Source: a virus
Virus record (IMG/VR): IMGVR_UViG_3300021368_000007
Coordinates: 6,346 to 70,345 of that record
Length of the DNA: 64,000 nucleotides
Reading direction: 5' to 3' (one strand)
Shown: positions 18,453-32,200 of the stretch, one piece after another
Position numbering within the stretch: the first letter of the stretch is position 1
Layout: every line of letters starts with the position of its first letter
Translations under genes and position numbers: made by a program
The notes under the pieces: model-generated
What the model saw: only the letters and a program-made list of their open reading frames with translations
Told to the model about the DNA's origin: nothing
Databases searched by the model: none

Positions 18453-20200
18453 TAGTATGCTCTGATGCAGTAGATACAGGTCATCTGTGGTTGAGAAGTA
18501 TTGAAATTGATTTGGAAAACACCAACGTTTCTTGCATTATCTAAATCAATACCGATCAAAGATCCAGAAGTTGTAGATGGATTAGGTGCGGTAACGTCAA
18601 TCTCAATTCTATTTAATGGTCTTAGACCAGCACGATCAAACTCAATATCAACTTCATCATGAGTATGTGGTCGGATCATATCAATTCTACCAGTTGTGTT
18701 AGCAGTTCTATTGAAATCCCAACCAGCGTTACTATTCATTGTGTGAGTAACATTAACATTGAAATTCTCAAAAGTGTCTTTATTAGATAGTGGATTGTTA
18801 GTTGCATCACCATCATATTGAAGAAGATCTGGATACCAGTTTGTTTCTCCAGATGGGAGATTTAATTCATTTCCACTAATACCATATTTAACTGTTTGTG
18901 CAGAACCATCACCCTTATTGAAACCAGCAATACCACCTTCACCTGCCAACATACCTTTCAAACTACCAACACCTTCATTAAAGTTTCTGTGGTTGTGTGG
19001 TTGCGTCAATTCAGATTTAATTGGAGACCAAACAACATTTTTTGGAGTCCAGTTAACAGGTGGACTTTCTGCGTGGACATAAGCTACAAGTCTTCCATCA
19101 AGTCCTCCACCAAATCCACTTCTACCTCTATCATATTGACTCATACTCCATGATAGATCAAATGAGTTATCATCAGTAATGAAGACATCTCCATCACCCG
19201 TTTCAACTTGAGCTTCAAATGTAAAAGTGAGACTAGACCAAGGAATAACACCTTCGCCTGGTTGTGATGAAGGATCTCTTCTAACTGTATCAAATCTCCC
19301 AGAATGGCGATGACTCTTTAAATGCTCTCTACCCAATTTTCTGGGTCCAAAATACATAATCTTTGCAGCTTCACCAGAACCAGAAACAAGTGTGTTGCCT
19401 GATAGAGTTCCACTATAGTAGAATCCAAGTTCTCCGCCACCTGCAGGAAACGAAGTTCTTTCATTCAACTCAAAGACCACATCAGTAGTAACATCATTAA
19501 AGGTTTGAGGAACACCAGTATCAGTATTTGCTCCGATATAAGGAACAACCTCTGCAATTGTTACAGGGTCATGAAACGCTGGCATATTTGCTGCTGGTAA
19601 GACAGAACCACTACCAAAATAATTTGTCTCTAGGTCAACAATTGGTTTATTAAGCAAAGAAGGCAGAACAATCTCACCAGCATAGTTGGGGAATTCTCCG
19701 CCAAATGTAGAGACGGATCCAGTTTCTACTGAACTAACTGTGACAATAATATCTGTACCACCACCAGTTTGCCCTGAAACAAGTGTTAGATTATCACCTA
19801 CTTCATAGTTAATACCTTGAGTAAGTCTAGTAACAGTTACAGGACCACCAACTCCGTTAGGTGCTCCGCCAGAATTTGTTCCAGCATCGGCAACAACAAT
19901 TGCAAAAGTAGCACCTCCGCCACTCCCATCTAGGGGAGAATAAACGTAAGTTCCTGGTGCTCTACCTGTCTCTGTTGTAGCATTGGTAGTAAAGAGATTG
20001 ATTAGTCCTTGAGTGACTGCAGTAGACAGATTATAGGTATCACCAATTGCTCTTGCTAACAAAGGGAAATCAGAAGCATTGACACGAGATCCATCACATG
20101 GAATCCATCCATCGGGGATATCTGAGATATTCCCCGTGAATGGCATGATTGTGCCAATAGCAGCTGCTTTGGCGGTTTTAAGTTCCTGATAAAAAGACAT
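18452..20200 (-). CDS. short tail fibre / tail-collar protein
   Basis: IGTIMPFTG...PDGWIPCDGS...FPLLARAIGDTY collar motif. Confidence 0.8.
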   Translation of the reverse strand: MSFYQELKTAKAAAIGTIMPFTGNISDIPDGWIPCDGSRVNASDFPLLARAIGDTYNLSTAVTQGLINLFTTNATTETGRAPGTYVYSPLDGSGGGATFAIVVADAGTNSGGAPNGVGGPVTVTRLTQGINYEVGDNLTLVSGQTGGGTDIIVTVSSVETGSVSTFGGEFPNYAGEIVLPSLLNKPIVDLETNYFGSGSVLPAANMPAFHDPVTIAEVVPYIGANTDTGVPQTFNDVTTDVVFELNERTSFPAGGGELGFYYSGTLSGNTLVSGSGEAAKIMYFGPRKLGREHLKSHRHSGRFDTVRRDPSSQPGEGVIPWSSLTFTFEAQVETGDGDVFITDDNSFDLSWSMSQYDRGRSGFGGGLDGRLVAYVHAESPPVNWTPKNVVWSPIKSELTQPHNHRNFNEGVGSLKGMLAGEGGIAGFNKGDGSAQTVKYGISGNELNLPSGETNWYPDLLQYDGDATNNPLSNKDTFENFNVNVTHTMNSNAGWDFNRTANTTGRIDMIRPHTHDEVDIEFDRAGLRPLNRIEIDVTAPNPSTTSGSLIGIDLDNARNVGVFQINFNTSQPQMTCIYCIRAY

Positions 20201-20203
20201 CCG

Positions 20204-23200
20204 TTATACGTCCATTAGATACCAACCTGCGCGGTTTGGATTGACTCCGCCACCACCATCAGAATCGACTGTTCCAGCATATACAAGACCAAATGCAGCA
20301 TTTGGTGTCTGAACAACTAGTTCACCGCCGTCATGTTGAGAAAGGTTGCCAGATGCTAGAGAACCGAGAATTGTCGATCCTGTATTGCTTAGAGAACCTT
20401 GAATTCTCTGTAGACTTGCCGCTCTAATAACGAGCGAGATATTATATGACAGGTTACCACTAATATCTATAATGCGAATCATATCGCCCATTTGAGGGTT
20501 CGTTGGTAGTCTGATTAGAGACGTACCAGATACATCAACGAAGTAACTGATGTTAGATGTAGCAGTAAAGACGCTGGTGTTAATAACCTGCCACTTCGTT
20601 GCTCCAGATGGAGAGAAGTAGTTGGTAATTCCACCCATGTTGATAGAACCATCGTCATCAATCGCGAAGATTTCATCTCCTGCTTGATTAACAACTAGAT
20701 CACCGCCGTTAACTGTTAGATCTCCCGCCATCGTAACAGGACCACCGAAGGAAGATAGTCCAGTTCCAAGTGCAGAGAACGCACCATAAGTAGTGAAGTC
20801 TCCAGAGGAGTTGTTGAATGTTAGGCGAGGTGTAGTTCCATCAGTTCCAAAGATGTTGATGTTGCCACCATTCATCGTGAGATTACCATTCGCAGTATCA
20901 ACTTGGAAGGTAGTTCTCAGTGGGACAGCAACTGTTACACCATCATTCTCGTAAGAAGGACCACCATTAGTGATGGTAAAGTATTCAGTTGCAGCAATGG
21001 TAGAACCATTCAGTGTGAGAGTATTCTCAATGGTTGTGGTTCCAGCAATGTTAGTGTTACCAGTTGCACCAGCAACTGTAAACTTAGTGTATCCTTGTCC
21101 TGTACCAAGATCACCAGAAAGAACTGTGTTACCAGTTGTAGATTCTACCTTAAACTTAGTAACTGCGGGGTCACCACCATCAGTAACAATCAAGGATTGA
21201 ACATCAGTGCTGATAACATCAGCGATGCCACAAATCTCTGCCTGATCAATTCTGATAAGATCGTTTGTGGTTAGAATACCACCAAACTCAGCAAGACCGA
21301 TTCTTACGTTACCACTGGTTCCATCGATACCAGCTCTTGGTTCATCCAGGATACCATCAGGAGTGGTAGGTGAACCATTGACTGTGCCAACGTCCTTACC
21401 TGTCAAGTAAGATGCCGAAGCATTCTTATCTAGTTTAGCGATGACACAACCATCAGGGTGGTTTGTACCCTCTTGAGTGCCTTCCTGCGCCCTCACAACA
21501 GAGATTCTGAAACCATCAGTATCATTTGCGTTGGTAACGTTATCGAGACCAACAATACGCATGATCTCCGATTGTGCTTGGTTACGAAGACCAGTAACAG
21601 CAGTGCCCCCTAGAGGAGAATACTCATCAGGAGATGCAGCATTGCCGCGATCCAAGAGGATCAGATCACCGATATCAAAGTCATTTACAGAAGGTGTTGT
21701 GATTGGCAGGATGTAAACATCACTGGAATCTGTAACACCATTAATATCCAGAGTAATGTCAGGAGCGCCGCCTCCACCAACTTGAGAGTCAGCAATGGTT
21801 AGAGTCTGGTTGTCAGCATATCCAGTACCAGTTGATTGGATTTCAATAGTAACTGTACCATCGAAAGCAACGTTAACATCAAATGCTGCACCTTGTCCAG
21901 ATCCACCAGTTGCAAATCTGAATGCATAACTACCAGCAACACGGAGGTTGCTAGGATCAGGTGATTGTACATTGTCAAAGTCACTGATTCTACCGCCGCC
22001 TGCTAGATCCTGACTTCCACCCCATAGTCTGTTACCTTCAGTATCGATAACTCTACCAGTTGAATTGTACTTGTAGAAGTCAATGTTTGGAGTGTCAAGA
22101 GATCCAAGATTATGGAGACTAATAGGAGTAGAGAATCTACCTCTTACAATCTCGATAATACCAGCAGTTGTACCACCAGATAGAACAATGTTAGAATCGA
22201 CTGTTGCCGATGCTTGAACCTTCAGGGAGTTTCTAATGGTTGTTGTACCACCAAGAGAAGCAAAAGTTAGGTTGTTGGACTTAGTAAATGCCTCAACCTG
22301 TGTGTTTTGGTCATTATCAAAGAGTCTTACTCTTCTGACTTGAGAGAAGAGTCTTGCTTCTCCAGTTCCAGCAGCAACTTTACTACCAATTTCAAGGTTA
22401 CCAGCAATAAGTGCCTGAGCAGATCCTAAAGTGACTTTAGAGTCTGCGTTTGCCCATGCGCCACCGATATAAACCTCGGACTGGTTGTTTGCGTCATCTT
22501 GTACTGTAGCAATGTCAACGAATGCATTTGTCGATAGTGGGTGAACACTAAAGATAGTTCTAGCAGAGTTCTGACCAATTCTAATTGTCTGGAAATCGGC
22601 ATTACTACCAATGGTCAGTGTTTGATCATTAGTGGTATTGCTAAATGCATCGAACAATTGTGCCTGGCTAGCAAAGTTGACGATGTTAGCATTCTGATTA
22701 ATCAGGTTAAACGTGCTAGCAGTGGTGTTAATGTCACCGCCATCAACACTGATGTCATCCTGAATCAAGAAGTTACCAGTGATTCTACCATCACCATCAA
22801 CAACTAGGTTGCGATCTAGATCACTCTCTGCTGTTAGTCCCAGAGTTGTGTTAATACCAACTCTACCACCAGTTTGATAGGTAGCACCACGAGTTCCAGA
22901 AGGTTCGTCTGATGTTGTAACACGGAGAGTTGCACGCTCGTCTAGGTCATTGCTATCACCACCGACCAAGAATGCATTATCTTGAGGAATAAATCCTTGA
23001 TTTGCTAGGTCTGCTCCTGTTAGAGCTTCACGTTGATCGCTATTAAGATTATTATCTTCCCAGCGGTTGGTGATATCACCTGTACCAGAATCGACAGAGG
23101 TTAGAGTCTTACCAGAGACGAATGCTGTACCAACAACGTCAAGCGTTGCTCTTGGTTCAGTAAACTCATCAACATTACCAGTAAGAACTGCATTATGTCC

Positions 23201-26200
23201 TGCTCTTGCAATGGTGTTAACACCAAGTTTGTAATCACCACGCTCTTCAGTATATGTTCTGAGAGTCTCGGCACCGATGACACCAGTCTCTTTCCATTGC
23301 TTAGAAGAAACAAGGATGTCACCACCAGACCAGTCAGCATCTGTGTAAATTGTTCCAGAAGTAACTGTATCGTCAATAGCAATCTGGAATGTTACACCTG
23401 CGTCTGTTCTTGTAGAATCAATAACTTCCCAAGTGCCAATTAGAGCAGTATTACTGAAGTTAGTAATTCTGATCTGAGAGTCATCAAATACATTAGAGTT
23501 GCCGTTGTTGAATGTAGCAGCATACTCAAATGTGAGTGTGGTTGTACCATCAGCAGTAATTCTAAAGATTCTATTTTCGATAGAAGTAAAGCTATTAGCA
23601 AGAATCCATCCAAGTGATCCCGAGTTACCTACAGAAGAACCCTTAAAGACAATATCGCCACCTTCTGGAGCATTTCCAGATCCAAAGTCGATATTCTGTG
23701 CTGGATAGAAGACTGTATTTGGATCGTTCCATGGAACGATGTTAGAGGGTTCGCCACCAGCAATATGTGTTCTGAAGGAATAAGACTGACCATACTGAGC
23801 AAGAGGTTTTGGACGTGCATTCAAGATGAATACCGCCGACTTAATCTTGTTACCAGAAATCTTAATATTACCTTCTGCCTGATCTCTCCAGGAACCACTG
23901 AATAGTGTCTGATCTTCGTTAGCAGCGATATTAGAGAATACTGTTAGAGCATCACCTTCGCTTGCTTCAACGTTGATTTCTACTGGTCCGTTCAAAGAAG
24001 ACTTACCAGCAACTGTAATTGTGCTGTTGAACGTTACAGGAGAATCGAACGTTGTAACGAGGGTTCCGATATCCTCATCATCATCCTCAGAATCTAGAAG
24101 TGCTGCACTTTCTAGGAATGTCTCCTCACCAGTAATAGCGTTGACTTTCTTGTTACCAATGTATAGGTCACCATTGGAGTTCAGACCCGTGTAGAAGACG
24201 ATACCGCCGTCCTCACGCTTCGCTTGAGCATAGAAGTCCTGTTTGTCAGTTAAGACGACTTCCTGGCGCAGTGGGAAACCAGTGGAGTAGTTACCAGGAC
24301 CGAATCCAAGGTATTCAAACGTATGGTTACCAGATCTTGCGATAGATGGTCTTCTAAGTTCAACGTAGAGCTTGCGCTCTGTTGGGAACTCGGAGTCGCC
24401 AGAGATAGGAATCAGTCTATCTTCAGAACCAGAGGTTGCGTTACCTTCTTGTGCTTGGATGACATTATCACCAGTATATGTGTAACGATTCAAGAAACCA
24501 TTTCTGATCATGTCACTGACCATTTCTCTGGTCTCACTACCCTTAGCATCGTTAACTGTTACGAGACCATGGACATAGTTGTCTGCTGCAGAAGATGTAG
24601 CAGGAACGTCAAGAATAGAGGTATCTCTTACACCAGTTGTGCCATCAACTTGGAACCACAATGGGTCATTCTTATAGTTGATAGGATAGAGTTGGGAGAT
24701 AGGTTGAGAGAACTTGAAGTTTCTGAAGTTCTCGCCAACACCAGATCCAGTTGGGAATGGAGAGATGTTACCACGTAGGCAAGTCAGGTAGTAGATACCA
24801 TCTTGCTGGTTGGGAATACGCTCTTGTAGTGTATCAATGTCGAAGATGTAGAAGCAATCATCGAAGTTGCCTTGGTCTTCAATTGTAGCAACATAGTAAG
24901 AGTTGAGTCCAGTGTCGTCAGTGATAACGTCACCAGGAGCAATCGTATAAACGTTAGAACCTTCTACTCTGTAGAGATAGTTCTCACGCTTAGACTTGTC
25001 AAGGTACTCAAGTTGATCACCGAAGGAGTTAGGAACTTCAATCAGTTCAATCTGAACATCGCCCTGCTTAAACAAGACTTGCTTGGATGGATCGAATGCC
25101 AGTTCTCCAACTGCACCCTTCAGAACTAGAACTGCTTGAGCAGTTTCCAGATCATTGATGTATGCTTGTAGATATGCCTCACCTTGGATGTTACCACCAC
25201 CAACTGTTTCCCAGGTGATCTTATTGCTATCGTTGCTTTGTGTAGCGTTAGCAGTGAAGAATCCACCTTGTAGGAAGTTACAACGTACAACTGTAAAGAT
25301 CTCGTTCTTAACAGACTGGTTGACAATCGTGTGGTCAAACAGAGTTACTTCCAGGAATGTATCAGTTGTGCCAGCAGGAGTGAACTTTCTAGCAGACTGA
25401 ATAGTTGCAGCAATCTTAGAGTCAAACTCAATTACTTTTGGTGCTAGGTATGGATCATACAGGTTCTGCTGCTCAGGTAGCAGATCAACAACAGATGGAT
25501 CGATTGTTCTGATCTGATCAGCAATCAGTTCAGACTTGTTCAAACCAATTTGTTCACCAGCATTTGCAGGGTTATAGAACGATGCAACTTGATTAGGGTT
25601 GCCAGGAATTGGTTTGAGTAGAACTCTCTGTGGAACTAGACGACGCTTGTCATCAGTTCTAGTCTTGATGACGAAACCATTGAGAGGATCACGAACTGTT
25701 TCCAGATAATTTGGAACAACATAACGCAGTCTGTAAACTCTATCTTCCTTCTCTCTTTCGTCCTCAACACGCAGATAGCGACTATCTAGTGTAGGATCAG
25801 TCTTAGTCTGGAAGTCATTTGCTAGTTCAACACCACCATGGAATCTGGATAGGATGCTGTAACGATTATATGCAGCACCGCCAGTATTGGACTCATCCTT
25901 AACGTTGAGATACCAAAGACCAGTATTGTTACCAGTTGCAGAATACTCAGCGTCAAAGCGTAGTGGAGACTCACGCTTGTTAGCATACAAGTAGAAGTTA
26001 ACACCAGTTCCAGAAACAAATGTCAGTGCTCTATCACCAGACTCTGCATCAGCAGCAGAGGTGTGAAGTGTGACACGCTTATTAGAGACGTAACGTACAA
26101 AGTATTCGGTCTGTGTAGAGATAGCAGAAGCAGATCCACTCAGCTGTGGTAGAGTAGAACCAGCGATGTCAGTTGCGAGTCTAACAAATACTTTCTGTGG

Positions 26201-29200
26201 AGTTGTGTTAGCAGAAGGAACGTCGAAGATATGAGCAACTGATGTTTCAATCTCAGAAGCACCAACGACGTTCGACTTGTACTTGTGTAGGTCATATCTA
26301 CCATCTAGTACGTATTGTTCGATAGAGATCTCAACGTCAGGATCAACCGAATCGGTTTCTGGCGAATACATGTAAATACCCGCTGCTGCATTCTCAGGAG
26401 AAGTAGCAAGCATCAACTTGTTAACTTCAGTGCCATCAAATACACCAGGATATTCTGCTTGAGATGTTGCAGTGATTTCAATCTCGATATCAGGAGCACC
26501 TGTACCACCTAGTTGACCATCGGTGATAACAACAATGTCACCATTTTGATATCTAGAACCACCATTAGCAATTGCATCTAGGTTTGCTGAAGTATCTCCA
26601 AGGGTTAGAGAACCATCAGCATTGACTCTAATGTTAAAGCGTAGTCCAGTACCAGATGCTAGTGCAGTTCCATCAGTGTCAACTTTAGGTTGTGCAACTA
26701 GAGAACGATAGAGTCCTGCTGCAGTTGCTCTTGTAGCATTTGCAGTTGCAAAGTTAGTTCCTGCTGCCTCTGTAACTGTGATAGCAGCAGCAGACTGAGC
26801 AAAGTTTTCTGGATAGAGATTTCTACCAGGAGCAATGACATAATACTTAGTATTTGTCTTGAATCCATCAGGTAGTCTGATAACACGCTTATCGGGATCA
26901 GTACCAGGGCGAGCGCGAGGAACCAGTCTGACAGCAGTTCCTGTCTCCAGGTCATGTGGATTGGGGTTGCCAGCAAAGCTGCCTGTGGCAAGCGTGAAGA
27001 GGGTTGCTCTTGCAGATAGACCTTCCAGGTTGCTATTGGGTTCAACACGGGTTACAGAAGCAAACGTAGGCATCGTGATGGCACCCAGTGGTTGGTTCTG
27101 AATACCAGAAGTGATCAATGCTGTTAGAGTCGTGATGGTTTGAGCAACATCAGCGCAAGGAGGTGTTACAAGGTTTCCATTTGCATCATACTCAGGAATA
27201 ACTTGAGAATCAATAACCTGAGTTAGACCATGATCACCTTGAACTGTGATTGTTTCCTGGCGCATTGCTTGAATTGCCAGGTCTCTTGCCATATTGAATG
27301 CTGCAGCAGATTCTGCTTCTTCACCAGCAACAGATGCACTGGAGATATAGAGTTCTGCAGCTGCATATACTCTATTATTACCACCATATCTGACGTTGTA
27401 AGCAATTTCTTTGAGTACATTCTCAACGTCATCTACACAAGCATCTTGAATAGTTTCACCAGTCGATGCTAGCAGACCTTGACCAAGACTTGTTCCAGCG
27501 TATGCAGGATCATTAGCGATTCTGTAAACTGCTTCTGCAGCGATGAAACGTGCATTGTCAGTGATTGCATTAGAAGCATCAACTTCAGTGCCACCCAGTA
27601 CACTATAACCAGAGTTAAGTACCAGGAAGATTTGCTCGAAGTATCCTTCAATAGTAGTTGCAATGTTAGAGCACTCAGGTAGTGGATCGCCGTTACCATC
27701 AACTCTATTATCTTGAGTGATAGTGTCGTCACTAGTTGGAGTAATGCTGCTCCATGCACCATTCTCTAGATCAAAGTGCAGATATGCAGAAGTCGTTCCT
27801 GTACCGATAGCAGGTCTGGTTGCACCAGTGGTCAGTTTAGCACCAGGGATACCCATTTCAATCTGAGTATCACTGATGATTCTCTTAATGAATGTATTGA
27901 CAGGAATGTTGGTTGTGATTGCAGTTGCACCAGCGTTTAGTCTGCCATTTGTAAAGTCAGAAGGAGCATATTCTTCTACTCTCATACCAATGACGAGACC
28001 AGAGGTGTCACCGACGTTGACAATAGCAGATCCAGGAGTGATTGAACAATCTCTAATCAGATAATCCCAGTTACGCATTGCTGCGATCATCAGGTTCTTG
28101 ACATAATCAAATGTATCCAGAGTTTCATTCAACTCATTAGGGATGTAAGAGAGTTGCCCTTGGATGTAGTAACCTTCTGCTGCTTGAATAGAGTTGATGT
28201 TGCCACCAAGTCTCAAGTCATTAACAACAGCATCAACGAAATATCCGATATCTCTTTCACACTTACCAATAACAATGTTGGTGTTGTTTAGGAGTTCAGG
28301 ATACTTAGCAATGATGTACTGATAACCTTCGTTCTGAATCAGTGCCTTGTTATCTTCAATTCTGTTAGCAGCATCTTGTGCATAGTTGTCAACCGATGCA
28401 CTGCTAGGAGTTAGCGTCTCGATGCCAACTGTCCATGCTTTAAATCCAGATGGTTCTAGTTTCGACTTGAATTCAATTGGACCAGCTGGTTCAGATGGAT
28501 AACGAGCAAGATCAACTGCAATCTCTTCACCAGACTTAGCACCAAGTCTGTATCCATTGATAGAAGATGCTGGACGATCATCAGGATTCTCAATGCCATC
28601 ACCAGCAAGATATAGTCTAGTATGATTAGCTCTATCCTTGGATGCAGGAACATTAAATGTATACCACTGGTTAATAATAGTGGTGCTTGGATTGATTATT
28701 CCAGGTGGAATAATGTCGGTAACGTATCCACCCTTATCCTGGTTAAAGGAGAATCCTTTGAAACCAACAGAGTGAAGTGATGTATTTCCGAAGTTGGAGT
28801 TAGAGTTGGTGATAGACATGTCACCACCTGACTCCATCAGGAAGTGATCGAAGAAACCAACAGCGAAGACCGAAACACACTGAATAAAGGAGTCATCAGA
28901 AGCACGAATGTGGAAGTTTCTCCAGTCATCTTTCCAGTATGCATCACCCTTGGTGTGGTAAGGGATTGTAGCGAATGCATCAGTGAGTGATGCTTGGTTC
29001 CAAGTGTTTGTAAGTCTGTCGTAACGGATGAACGCACGATCGTCTTTCTGCAACGATACGCCCGTATATTGAGCCACGACCATCGACTTGAATCCAGTCG
29101 CCTTAGATCCATCCGCCCACATGCCGCACTGACCCCAAGTAGAGCGGATCGAGCAGTTGAAAACGTAAGGAGATGCGGACTCAACAGAGTCAATTTCCGC

Positions 29201-32200
29201 AAGAACTACCGCGTTTGTGCTGACTCCGCCGACTTCACCAGAGAAATAGGTTTGACCAGAGACAAGTCCGAGGGATGCTGCGGTATTATTGTATACTTCA
29301 TACTCAAATACCTTAGGATTAACCTGATCAATCTTGGTAACCTTCCAGGTTCCGTTGATTTCATCAGATAGACCAGAGTTAATGATCGCAACATACTGAC
29401 CTTCAAAGTAACCATGGTCAATCTTGGTGGTTACTGTGATGTTAGTGTAACCAAATTGCGCGGTAAACGCAACTGCACCACTACCACTGATTGCTTGGTT
29501 CAGTGTTACTGTGTTACCAGAGATCGATTCGATTCTAGTATTAGGATTAACAACAATTCCTGAGGCACTGCTTTGAATTTCTGCACCAATATTGAGTTTG
29601 CTGGTGTCAGAAACGTTTGTAAGAGTATCAGTGCTGTTAGCAGTTGCGGTAAATGTTGTCTGATCCTCAATCTTGATACTCTCGATAGTTCTACTATCAG
29701 ACAGAGGACCAACGATTCTGTTTTCTTGAACCAGTGCTTCCAGTCCACCATCATCAATAGTTGGTTGGAACTGCTGGAATGCCTTACCTACCTTTTCATA
29801 GTAGTTGTCAAGATCAGATCTATCTGCATACGTCATGATGCAGATCTTATGGTGAGAATACTCAGGAATTGCTAGTTGAGTAGATCCCTTCTTATTGTAG
29901 ACTTTACCAACACCTGCGGTTGCATCATACAGAGGAGATTGTGCAGAGAGGTCACCATCCTTGATAGTGAACTGCCACAGATAGCAACCACCAGTCAGGT
30001 TAAAGATAGAAGTTCTTTCCTGTGTTGTATCAGCAGGATCAGGAACATACAGAGGACGAACGACTGTACGACGGAGGTCATAACCAATCAGTGAACAACC
30101 TCTAGGAACGATACAACCACCAGTTGCAGCGTTGAACTTATAGAGAACGTTGTCAGGGTTTGCTAGGTCAACAATAGAGTTGTCCTGCCACTCTTCCAGT
30201 GCTCTGTTGTAGTTAAAGGAAGGAAGAACACCTGTGACTTTGATATCTGCTATGTCATCTAGGTTACCAACTTCAATAACAGAGGTAAGAATATTGATTA
30301 GAGTATCAATAGTTTGCTGGACATCCTGACATGTTTCGATATTACCAGATCCAGTGTAAGGAATAACTGGAGTGTTGGCACCAGCAACTGCAGGACCAGG
30401 AGAAATAGTCAGGTCCTTAGCAAATAGTCTGTTAGTTACTGCTCTCTTTGCCCAATATGCAATACCATTGAATGCAGTGATGGATTCTGCTTCTTCACCT
30501 AGGACACCATTAGCAATAGGATTGCCGAAGCGATCAAAGTATGCTTTAGCGTTGGTGATTGTGTTTGCGTTGCCATCAGTTGCGAGGTCATCGATCAGAC
30601 CATCAACAATGAAACCAGAGTCACGCTTACACTTAGCATGTCCTGCAGATACCAGAGTAGAAGTGGTTTCGTCAGGAAGTTGACTTAGGTTCTCATCTGT
30701 TACAGATGTAATAATAATTGCACCCAGAGTATCGATAGCAGACTGAACGTCAGCACATGCTGCAGGGTTACCAGACTGAAGATTCTCCTGTGGGTTGTTG
30801 CTATTGCCGTAAATAGCATCACCAGGGGTGATTGTAATATCTTTGAAGTATAGTTGATTAGTAACTGCCTTCTTCATCTCTGCAATCGCAAAGTTAAATG
30901 CAGTTAGAGATTCAGCAGTTTCACCTTGAAGACCATTTGCAACCCAGTTGTTGCCAGTGTCATCAAAGTAGTTCTGTGCTAGTTTTCTGGTGTATACATT
31001 ACCACCCGCTTCATGAACGTCAAGGGAGATTGCATCGATGAATTGTCCGATGTCACGCTTACACTTAATTTCACCAGCAGGTAGGATAGTTGAAGTTGTC
31101 TCAGCAGGAAGGACGTTACTAAGTAGGAATGTTCCATTGTTTGCTGCTAGGTCAGAATTATCAAAAATACTATCGACAATAGCATATAGCGTGTCGATCA
31201 TATTTTGGATGTCAGTACATGCAGTAGGATCAGTATTACTTACTGTACCATTGCCATCACCATAAACTGCTTCACCAGGAGTTACAGTATTATCTGTGTA
31301 CTCGCTACCAGGAGAAGATGTAGAAGCAAAGTTGTTGGTGATCGCCAACTTCATCAACTCAACTGCTTTGGAGAATGCAGTTAGAGAAGAAGTTTCTTCA
31401 CCACGAAGACCCGTGGTTCCATCATGAATAACACTATTGTCAAGTGCGCTTACAAATGCATGAGTTGTTTGTGGTTCATGCTTGATTGCCTGTGCAGTTG
31501 CACCGATGAAGTAGTGAGTAGAAGTATCAGAAGAGGTGCCCACATTAATAGTGAAAGTGCCATCTTGACGCTCAACACCATTAGCAGTCGCACTGACGAA
31601 GGTGTGGGCACCAGTGTACTCAGAAGGACCTACATTAATTTCAAACGTGTTGGTAGTTACGTTTTGAATTTCCATCCAACGTCCAGATGGATAATCAACG
31701 CCTGGGCGAGGATAAGACTTGGTTTCAGTGTCACCATCTAGGACACAGGTGTAAGACAGAGAATTATCTGCAACCTTAATGTAATCACCATTGCTAAATC
31801 CGTGGTTTGCAATGGTAAGTGTTACAACACCAGATGCTGCATCATAAGGAGCATCGGTTACTGTGTGGGAAGTAGAACCAACTGCAGCGATTGCAATAGA
31901 CTGACCTGCATATGGGTCAACTCCAGGACGTGGATAGGTGTGCTGAGTTGCACGATTATCGAGGTCACATTCAAAAGTGAAGGAGTTGTCTTCTAGAACA
32001 ACGCCGCGGCCAACACCTAGACCATGTTGACCAACAGTGACAACCATGTCACCTGTTGATGGATTGTAATCTACAGCAGATGGTTGGAAATACTTGTTAG
32101 GACCAGATGGACCAGCGTTAAAAGTAATAGTGTTAGCAGTAGTTGCAGTTACACTGAATCCTTTTACAGCACCAGGATCAACACCAACGCGAGGATATGC